Below are positions 13,601-23,807 of a stretch of DNA of 64,000 nt, piece after piece (the first letter of the stretch is position 1; each line of letters opens with the position of its first letter). Made by a program: the position numbers and the translations under genes. Under the pieces are notes generated by a model. That model saw only the letters and a list, made by a program, of their open reading frames with translations, made no database searches and had not been told where the DNA came from. The DNA is taken from positions 14,147,061 through 14,211,060 of the forward strand of contig OZ199838.1 of the NCBI GenBank assembly GCA_964304625.1, written 5' to 3'. This stretch comes from Kudoa neothunni (Eukaryota; Animalia; Cnidaria).

Positions 13601-16600
13601 TATAGTCAAAATAAGTCGTTGTTCATCCTAGTGAACATTGGGCATGAAAAGGTTAAATCGCCTATAAAAGATTAGCTTTCCTAACTATGAAGGTATATAG
13701 TAAATCATATACCGAGAATAAATATAATTATTTTATTCCCTTCTCCGATTTTTTTCTTTTGAATAAAATCATACTTGATTTATATGAGAGAATTCATTTT
13801 TCCAAATATTTTTAATTGCTTCACAAAGTAGTAATATTTATGAGAATACAGTCGCAGGAAGTAATAATTCTACTAACATTTTTTGTTAAACTATCAAACA
13901 ACGAACTTTTTATTATTTTTATAAGCTTCAAAGAGTTATCAGTGATGTTATTTACTAAAGTCAAGGAATTTATACATTTAAATTGTACGTCAAAATTTAC
14001 ATAAAATCGATAACCCCATACTGTATAATTATCCCTTCAAACAATACTTTGTCTAATAAATTTTTATCTACATTGCGTAAAATTGACTTCTCAAGATTAT
14101 AGTTATACGTAAAAGCCCCTTAATTATCTTAACTGCAAATGAACAAATAAACGTAGCGAAAATCGATATTACACTGTGTTCTTGAATATCGACAGTCAAA
14201 TTTTTGTTTTTCATTCTCATTATTCATTCTAGTTTTGAGCTGTGTAGACTGATTTACTCGTAAATATTTGTTAGTGTCGACTCAACTGTTTAAAATTTGA
14301 AAATAAGCTTAGAATGTTATTATTGAATAGAATAAATTAAGTTAATTGATTTCATGTATTTAGAATTATTTCAGTTAGTTTAAACTGCACATATAAACAG
14401 TAAATTCCGGAAATAGATACCTAAAGCGTCTATAACTAACAATGAGTTAACTCATCATATGAATTATATTGAGTTATTTTGAAACTTAAGAGAATATATA
14501 TTTTTGTTAGTATTGTAATCAACTCTTTATTAGATAACTGATATTAGTGAATCAAAAATGGTGATAAAGCTTTCAGATTTTGGGCTTGCTACCTATATTG
14601 AAGATGATAACGACGATTCTCTAACTTTTGTTTGTGGAACTCCATCGTATACCGCCCCAGAAATGTTGACTTTACAGGGGTATGAAATTGATAATTCAAT
14701 TAATGAATATATTTAGGGAAAAAATAATCTAAGATTAACTACATACAAATCTCGATATTGCGTATCTTTTCCTCAGCGCTAAAAAATACATAATTTCAAG
14801 TGTCTTAGCTAGCGCATAATAATTTCACCGAAAATCGCCTATTTTTTAATTATATTACATATAAAATTTATTACAGGATATAGGTTAAACTAATGGTTCT
14901 TAACCTTTTTTCCTTGCGGACCCCAAACGTGTTCAATGGATTTATCACGTTCCCCATCTTGTTTTAATGCACAACCCAATCATACATATAAATATTTTAA
15001 TCCTTTCATTCCAATTGTTCAACTTAGAGGACAGGTTAAAAAAGATTTTGAATCATTTGATCATTTGTTAAAAAAAATAAAATTAAAATTGTATCTAATT
15101 TTAATATTTGTTTAATTTTAAAAATTCTCGATGTTAAAGAAAAATTTAGGAACGAAAGGGTTAACTTAAATAATTATTTAACCCTCTAAGGCAGTGGTTT
15201 TCAACTTTTTTGGAACCGCGGATTCACACATAAAATTAAACCTTAATAAATAAAACAAAAGTTTTAAAATCTGTACGCGCACTCACCAAAAAATAACATA
15301 AATATTTTCAAAGTTTATTTTGTATTCAAAATAAATAAAAACTGATGTGATATTTGTGGTTGGTGATTTCGTATTACAGCTACAATATTTAGATATTTTT
15401 TGTCTCCATGTTAAAACGCTGAGTCAAAACGATAACTTTTTGGATATTGTTCATAAGTGAAAGCATGAATGGGTCATTCATTTACTGTTATTTCAGTTGC
15501 GACAGAACAACAAGATCCTTGGTATCGCAAAATGCTTGTGATGCAGAAAATTTTAGAAGGGGAACAAAACGATAGAAAAATTCGATGAAATTCAGTCTCA
15601 TGCATTCAAAGACGAACTCAGATTCTTGAAGCGCCGCTACCATCATTCAATGGGGTTTTAACAATTAAAAGATTTACAATCTTTATTATTAAAATTATTA
15701 TAAATTTAGATACTCGTTATGAGAATAATAATTAATTAAAATGGACAAAAATGTTCAAATTCGACATCATCAAACATATCGGCAACATCTATTTAAATTT
15801 ATATGCCAATGAAAAATTTTCATATGTATTCCTGTCGCGGAGCCCCGGTTGAAAACCACTTCTCTATGGTATCAAAAAACGAATTACCTCCAAAGATTTT
15901 GGAGTGAAATTCACTCCAGAGTTTTTTGGTGGAAATTTAAACGAAAAATAATGATAAATTTATTCGTAAAACATTATATGGTTTGACACATTGCATTCAG
16001 AAAAAATGTGTCATTACTCACATTACTAATCCTTATAAAACCTTACATGGCATAAATCATAAGTCACCGATTGTTCGATAATGCACAACACTAAAACAAT
16101 TGATTTTAAAAGTAAATAATTTAATTACGGTATATTCTATTTTACTTTCTAATTTATTTTGAACAATTAACACATTTTTTGGATGAATAATTAAGCAAAA
16201 ATTATGCCGGGATGAATTTCACCCCAAAATCTTTGGACGGTTAATATCCTCAATTTTATTAAAATATTTATGTAAAATAACCCTTAATTGATACCCTACG
16301 TGATTTCCTTAATTCGATAACCTGGGCTCGACGAGCCCACCCATTCGAATAGTGATTATTTCAATCAATAATGGTATTATTTTAAACGTTCTATCTTAAT
16401 TTGTAGAAATATGAAGGATAAATAAAAATAAGACAGTTTAACAAATAAAACTTAAATTTTCCATATTCGCTGCATGTTATAATTTTGTTTGAACGCTCCT
16501 TACAAATATAGCGCGTCCACTTTACACAAATTTGTTTTCTCCGACGGCGAGTAGTTTTAGGACAGAAAATGTATCGCTTTCGTTATTCAGTGAAGTCGTT

Positions 16601-18918
16601 CCGAAATATAGAGGACTGACTTTTTGAAAAATTAAATCCAACGATCTCCAGTGAGCGCTTGACAACTAACCTTTAAATTTTCATTTCTTCTTGCTTGGTA
16701 GGGTTTAATCATCGAGGCGGCCAACTCTAATAAAAACTGATGCCTATCATCATAATTTTTATGAACAGATTGATTTTTAGCTATACATTACATAGGAATT
16801 AAAGGCTGCCGAATCAACAACCTAACAAAAAACTGCTACAGGTCAACAATTTGATTTTCGTTTACAACTCTAGGTAGATACACATTGATCGACAATTTCA
16901 ATACCACATTTCTTGATATTATAGTCTAGAATTGCATTTGGTTTGCAATGGAATTCTGAGCTTATTTCTTTATATCGATGTTCGGATGATAAAATAATTA
17001 CGGCCTTATTTTCCTTCGGAACATACAATATAATCGTATATTGCTTGTAAAATCCAAACAGTGACGAACATAATGGTCTTGATTTGTTTGCCATGAATTC
17101 TGGTGAAATAAATGTTCTACACTTTCAAACTGCCCCAAGAATTGACGTCTTACGTTACTATAGGTACTCAGCGAGCTTCCATGTCGTGAAGTAATTTTCA
17201 CAGGTGACGCCCCTATCTGAGTCAAGTAGGTGGTTTATTAGTTCAGTGACAACTTTAGAACTCAGGGATTTTTCCCGGCTTTCATTTTGTTGACCTATGT
17301 ATGGAATGATGTTGGAAATATAATGTGTTTCGCTGTCACATATAATCCAAAATTTAATTCCATACTTAGATGGCTTTTTTGGCATATACACCAGAAATTT
17401 CAACCGTCCATTGAATGGATATATCTGTTCGTCAACCATGATATTGCATCCAGGGGTAAACTTTCTTTACAAATTTTGACGAAAGATTCAAGTATATTTC
17501 TTATCAGTGAAAAAACGTTGTCGGATTTGACATTTTTTCTCAACCAATATTAATCGAATCTAAGGTAGAGCCAAATCTTTTTGAATCTCTCACGAGACTT
17601 GTTGAACGAAACAAGGGTCTACTGTGAATTTCGTGCCGTAAAATCTTTGTGTCATTATTCGATTTATAGGCCCCAGAGAGTAAAAGTAGTCCCAAACAAG
17701 CTTGAAATTCAATTAAATCAACGAGTTTCCACTTTTCATCAAGATTCTCAAAACATTTTTTGTTTGTGTATTCTATAATTTCTTCAATCATCTTTTTCAT
17801 GAAGTGATAAAAGGTCGTCTCTGGAGTCGTGGTATCAATATCCTCAATAGGCGTTCTAACAACTTTATTGTTATCGAAAATATTGTTTGCAGGTGTTCTT
17901 CCTGGTTTGGATTCGGACGCACAAACAATCGATTTATCTTTTGAAATAAAAACATTGTTTTCGTGGGTCGAGTTGTCAATAATCTGTATCGATTCGCCGT
18001 TATTTTTTTTACCCCAAAATCCATCGGGGGTAAGTCGATTTTAAGTACATTAAAGGGTTAATGTAACTCGTATGTCCATAATTTAAATATTTTTGTTAAC
18101 CCCAAAAATAATTGCATATTTATTAAGGTAAAATTCGATCCAACTTTAAATGACCTAATTTAAATTATTCAAAAAATATTTCTGTCAATAACTTAAAAAT
18201 TGAAAATTCCTTAATGTCATAGTTTGCAATATGGAATTAACTCTATGGAGTCAAAATATTGAATAATTCTAACAAAAATTTTCCAAATAATTTGGTGAAA
18301 TTGATCAAAAATGATTTTTTTGCGAAATACACTTAAAAGAGTATGATATAAAAATCAGAAAAAGTTACATAATAGCAAGGCCAAGAATTTTTTCTTATTT
18401 ATTATTCATAAACTATGAAGAATAAATTTATGCGAATTATTAAAATTAATTTCAATAATTTATAATAAAAAATTATCGTCAACTAAATGATTAATTAAAT
18501 ATACCATAAAAAGCTTAAATTACGCACTATCGAGACCTTATTGTATTTGATAATATATTTCTGTTGCTATTATATTCTTGTATCTAATTTTTTTAGTTAT
18601 GGTCGCCCAATCGATATATGGGGATTAGGAATAATATTTTTTATCTCACTCTGTGGATATTTACCCTTCAATACGTATTTAAAATGAAATGAGATATATA
18701 TTGGAACTAATATCGGTTGCTTCTGTAGGCCTATCATAAAAAATAATGGAGAACTAAAAGATATTTTCAACTCAATTGTGAATGGACTGATTAGCTTTGA
18801 ATCGAACAAATGGTCATCGATATCAACCCAAACAACCGCATTAACAAAACAATTGTTAAACGTTGATCCTAGATATCGGCCCACTGCTTCCACTCTACTG
18901 AACATTCTTGGCCAGTAG
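7697..18918 (+). CDS. CAMK-group Ser/Thr kinase, doublecortin-like kinase (DCLK)-like; multi-exon, with two transposon-filled introns (~9511-14533 and 14680-18596)
   Basis: Exons encode IGHGEFSFV, YALK, NEVRIQ, IIHRDLKTEN, KLSDFGLAT, VCGTPSYTAPE, YGRPIDIWGLG and DPRYRPTA; stop TAG at 18916-18918. The N-terminal ORFs (7697-8180) weakly resemble two DCX repeats. The start codon is uncertain. Confidence 0.85.
11382..13652 (-). mobile_element. piggyBac element, degenerate transposase, intronic
   Basis: TTAA flanks both sides (11378-81 and 13653-56). The ends are CC(C)TTTT.ATGC inverted repeats. Subterminal GTTCA..TAG..TGAAC palindromes lie at ~11515, ~13285 and ~13620. Transposase motifs are SVDEKMIPFKG, KPNKWRFK, YFDDRFTS, YNRNMVGVDVSD and a C-terminal Cys-rich region. 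Confidence 0.92.
14891..14960. mobile_element. Remnant left end of a hAT (Buster/Charlie-like) MITE
   Basis: TAATGGTTCTTAACCTTTTT...GCGGACCCC is preceded by GGTTAAAC (NNNTANNN). Confidence 0.4.
15182..18057 (-). mobile_element. piggyBac element, degenerate transposase, intronic; one end interrupted by a hAT MITE
   Basis: TTAA-CCCTCTAAGG at 15178 and TTAAAGGG-TTAA ending at 18061. Fragments read VDEQIYPFNGR, YMPKKPSKYGIKFW, VTCENYFTT and LDYNIKKCGIEIVDQ. Confidence 0.9.
15192..15861. mobile_element. hAT (Buster/Charlie-type) MITE nested in a piggyBac terminus
   Basis: TIRs are CAGTGGTTTTCAAC and GTTGAAAACCACTT. The 8-bp TSD reads CTCTAAGG (15184-91) and CTCTATGG (15862-69). Confidence 0.88.
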
Positions 18919-19254
18919 CAACCAATTGTTATAACATAGAAAATTCTATTATAATATTTTATATAATTGATATTGTGAATAAAAACCGGCGTGTTGTGTG
19001 CAAAAGTTTAAGAGGCTGGATGAGAGTGTTTGATGTGTTAGGACTTAGGAGTAACCAGGGTTGATTGTCATGGTGAGGCCTTTTGATGATTAACTTGCAC
19101 TCACTGTTCTTCACAATGAGTGTGTAAAATCCGCTATTGTTTTGATATCGTAATTCGAATAGAATAAATTCACGAATGATCACCACTGAAGATACGCAAA
19201 GGTAGGACTAATATTATCTATAGGTTTTATTCGGGAGGGGGGATTTGATTGGAA

Positions 19255-22234
19255 ATGTTTGTAAGGAAAAAGAAGACCACATCTCAAGCCTCTTCCTACT
19301 CACGAATTACAAGGGTAGGTTGATTTGAATACAAAAATATCTATTTGATCTATCTATTTAACTAAATACGTAGAATATTAAAGGAAGTATAACGCCGACT
19401 CCTAACCTCGCAATGTGAGAATTATATGATTCCTCAAAAATCCCAAAATATTTCATCCTTTAATTTTAGAACCACTACATCGGTTGTATCCACTCGTTTT
19501 GAGTATAACTTTAAATTTTAATATAGCTTTTATTGAACTGTTAATGAAACTGTAGATATTTATCATTTGAGTTTACGCTACGTGATTACATTGAGAATAA
19601 TAAAAAAATAATTGAAGGTACCATTATTTGTGTTTTATTATTAAACAAAATATAGAAAAGTTTCAAAAATTCTTTGTATGACTTGTGGAATTGATAAAAA
19701 GATATATTTGGGCTTAGAATGGAACAATTACCCCTACCGAATCAAGTTCATTTTTTGTGCACCCCAAAAAAGTAGGTATATTCTATTCATTGGTAAAATA
19801 AATAGCATCTCTGTATTTAGAACAATGGAAAAATAAAAAGTAAGGATGCTAAGCGACTGGAAACATTGAAGGGTAACAAGGGATGAAGAATAGAATGACT
19901 ATATTACTGATTATTCTCTAGAATTTTTAATGACCGAACTTTCTCATGTGAGAAGGTTATGTTTGTTAAACGATGTATATTTTTATTCTTATTAAAATCA
20001 CCTAATCGGTACCGGTACATGTAGTTTTTTTTCAAACCCATACAGAACAACACCATTCTCTCATTGGATAGGCTTTTTGAGTTGTTTCCAAACTTGGATC
20101 AGTTATTAAATATCCACAGTATGAATCATGGATAACTTTAATGATAGAATCATGTAGAAACTTTGCTTGATTCGATATTAAATCAACTTAAACTTGATGA
20201 CATTAGTGGGATTGTACGCTGCATGTGTGAAATGGTGCCTGATGTTTAACCTTCAATGTGTTCTATTTGTCAATAGTTTCATGGGAACAATCTTCAAAAG
20301 TTTATGAATATTGTCACCACATTCTGTAAGCGTCAAAATATAAATCTTCGAAATTTAAAAGTACTTTATTGTTGTCTCCACATCACATATATATTTTGCC
20401 CTTCTCTACTGTTTATTGTTCGGTAGATATGGAGAATGTTAGATCCTGATTTGGACGAATTCTTCGCAGTACTATTCATATATATTCCATTATTTAAAAT
20501 CCAATAAAAACAATTGTTTGATAGATTGCAGAGAAATCAGATCAACTTGATCGTCTTCAGTTTACCGATCTTATTGCTTGCAGTCATCAGCGTCTCAGCA
20601 AATATGAATTATTCTTCAAGCAACTCCTTAATTTTACTCCCCGTATAATCTAGAATCTTTATCTATTATGCAAAATTGCATGTATTGTATTCAGCTTCAC
20701 ATGAGGACTTTAATAATTTCAATCTATCTCTTATTGGATCGAAAATGATTTTAAATCACGTTAACAATGCTATTGAAATTGAGGAAAATCATGAGGTAGT
20801 TATTTTTGATTATCGCTGTTTCCGTCTTCCAACTCTTTCCATGAAGAAACTACACCACATTATGGAGCATTTAAAAGTCGAGCAATGCAGCATAGAAATC
20901 TATGTCACTCTAAAGGTGACACTTGACTAAAAAACTAAATATACAGCGGAATAAATGGATAACTGTTTATAGGAATTTGATCTTAAGGAACAGAAATTAC
21001 TGTTTGATTCCAATATATTTATAGAAACTGAAAGTGAAAAATCTATTGGTATTTCTGACTTTTCTTAGTGTTATAATTTACAACGCTAGAATTCTATTCA
21101 ATCATCACCAACAAATGCTTTGTTATATTTAACAACGAAAAAGGATTGTTTTATCTAAAACCTTTAAAGTTACCTGGATATAAGGCACTTGTTTCATGGA
21201 AACGTTCCCCTCTATACATTTGTGCATATTTTAGAATTACGTCAAGCCTATTTTCAATATCCAAGATATTCTACTCGTTCGAAAATATGGCAACAGTACA
21301 TAATCTTTTTAAAGACTATACGACTTTTGTTGAAGAAAATCAACATTATTTAATACTTCTTGATTTTTTTTAATAATTACCATAGCGGAGAAGTCATTTT
21401 GTATTGTGGTTCAAGAAAAAAATGAAATGCCTTTTACGTTGATGTTGTTCTGTTCGTCCTCTGGTCAATGTCAAAAGTACCTATATTTAACTTACTATCA
21501 CCTAATTTATATCATTTGTAGTTCTTCTCTTAATATTTCATTTATACTCGACTAAATAATTATTTAACCCTATAATTAAATATATTTACTTGTTAATTGC
21601 ATTTATTAAATCAATATTTAATTATATTGTGTATTCTTTTTATTGTTGAATAGTAAATCCTTTGGAATTATCCTATTGGAAATGTTTTAATATTTCGAAA
21701 TAGGTTCATAGACAAACTAAATGAGTTAAAATCATTACATGAAAGTAATTGATTAATGTAAATGTATGAAGTTTATTTGATTTAGATAAAAATGTTATTT
21801 TCGTAATTAATTTGAATAATATAAACAAAATCTAGAACAATATCCGCTACCTTACAACCCTTACACAACACAATGACCCCAATGTAATCCTATGTATTGT
21901 AATATGGTTTAACATAAGATTAGGAATTCAACATTTGCCACTCTCTCGTCCCGTATTCTTTCATCTATTATTAATTTATTCCTTATTAATTAATTTTTTT
22001 CTTATTTTAGAACAAACCAAAACCTCTACTCACTCCGTAATTATATTTTTTATTGGCGAGTGAATGTTAAGAAAATTAATAATAGTAAAAAAAGCCCTAT
22101 TTTCAGAATCGATGGATGATATTAAAAAAAATGTGGCTCTCTGTATCGACGTGGTTCAATCTGATCACCTAAAAAAATCGCACTCTAAATCAAATTCATT
22201 GAACAGATCGGTTTTCGACGAAACTTTTATCTAA
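19255..22234 (+). CDS. DH-PH Rho guanine nucleotide exchange factor (Lbc/LARG-like DH domain), many short exons
   Basis: Contains EFLMTELSHVRRLCLL, LFPNLDQLLNIH, LDRLQFTDLIACSHQRLSKYELFFKQLL and ILNHVNNAI. The last exon ends ...SVFDETFI* (TAA 22232-34). Confidence 0.85.
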
Positions 22235-22266
22235 ATCCTGTTGCTGAAAAAAATATTATTTTTAAT

Positions 22267-22278
22267 TGCGCATGCCTG
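22267..22278. promoter_or_regulatory. NRF-1-like motif TGCGCATGCCTG upstream of MECR
   Basis: Partial match to YGCGCAYGCGCR, 22 bp before the ATG, in an AT-rich context. Confidence 0.4.
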
Positions 22279-22300
22279 CTGCAGATTTAACCCCTAAAAT

Positions 22301-23680
22301 ATGGCGACATCGCGTCTTCTTTCTTCTCTAAGACTGCTTATTAGACACCATGGTAGGCCAGAGAACGCGTTGGAGTATATATTATAAAATTTTAAATTTG
22401 TAAGTTGATGTGCAAGGCTACAAAAATTTGAAATAAACTTTAACCGGGATATGAAGCGTGCTGTTCTTCTAAGTCTTGTCGCGGCTCCTGTTAATTTTGC
22501 TGACATAAATTTCATTCAAGGTAAGGGATGTGCTACAACTTTTTCTAATTTCCGGAATTTTGGGCATCTTTTAGGATTATATCCTATAAAAGATGTATCC
22601 TTCCCTACTACCATTGGATTTGAGGGAGTTTTTAAAGTGGAAGATGTTGGGGATGGGGTCACCATTGTAAAACCTGGCGATCTTGCCTATCTACCGAATA
22701 ACTTCGTAGGTATATATCGTTAGTCATAAGTAGGTACCATTTAATCAAATGTCGCCCATATCATATTAGGCACTTGGACACAAAATCTTGTGGCCTACGA
22801 AGAACAACTGGTCAAGCTTCCGGATGTTTTTAAAAATCCTGTTGATGCAGCCACATTTAAAGTGAATCCCTTCACCGCGTTTAGAATTCTTGAAGATTTT
22901 GTAACGCTCAATGAAGGTGAGAATCATGGCATAGACAGTTGTTTTTTGTTTATGTTATCTACCTTAGGAGATGTTATTGTTCAAAATGGCTCCACCAGCC
23001 ATGTTGGACAAGCTATTATACAAATGGCTAAAGCAAGGAAGATCATCACTGTCAACATCATCAAACCTTCCTCTTATCAAGAACAGACTCGAAAAGACCT
23101 ACTATCGTTAGGTAATTATAGATAATCTAACAAAAAAAGTGGCGAAATGTTTAATTTGAGGTCTGTCTATTCCAATTAACTTTATGCGTGTCGTCTAGGA
23201 GGGAATTTTGTCGTCACTGAAGAAGAAGCCAGAAACAATGCTTATGTTGATATTGTTGGCAATTCGACTCCCAAAGCTAAACTAGCTCTAAATATTGTTG
23301 GAGATAAAAGTGTTTATAATTTGGTGAAAATGACACAAGACGACGGAACTATTGTTACTATTGGAGGGGTTTCCATGAGGCCACTTGCTGTGCCTACTTC
23401 ATCACTCGTCTTCCACAATCATAAATATTTTGGATTTTGGGTGAATAAATGGATTGCGAACAACGTTAAAAGCATCTAAAAGTTCGAATGTACGTATTAA
23501 ATAGATCATCTAGCATCCTTGTACACTCAGATGGAAAAGCAAGTTCTTGAATATTATCGACTAGGAATTCTACGAGGTCCACTCTACACGCAAACTCTTG
23601 ACATTTCCAACTATAAGGATATGTTTCGGCTCAAAGACGAGTCGAAACCTTCCAATAGATTTGTCTTTGTTTCAAATTAA
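22301..23680 (+). CDS. MECR: Mitochondrial trans-2-enoyl-ACP/CoA reductase
   Basis: Contains HHGRPENAL, AAPVNFADINFIQGLYP (catalytic Tyr), GFEGVFKV, AATFKVNPFTAFRILEDF, GDVIVQNGSTSHVGQAIIQMAK and GFWVNKW. It has a short Arg/Leu/Ser-rich N-terminus. Confidence 0.93.
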
Positions 23681-23807
23681 TTTGAATTGTGAGTACTTAT
23701 AATCAGTGGTTTTGTTACTGTTAAAGGAACTGAATTTTTGCGCGAATAATTTCGATTGATAATAATGTATTAAAAATTGACGTAAATACGATACATTCGT
23801 TCTCTTA

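Noticed and set aside
19085-19135. SECIS-like hairpin (ATGA...TTGCACTCA/TGAGTGTGTAA) downstream of the kinase
   Set aside because: The non-Watson-Crick quartet and apical AA are not correctly placed, and no in-frame TGA is needed in the kinase domain.
21428-21438. U5 snRNA loop-1 word GCCTTTTAC
   Set aside because: It lies in a RhoGEF exon (NEMPFTL) and has no flanking stem or Sm site.
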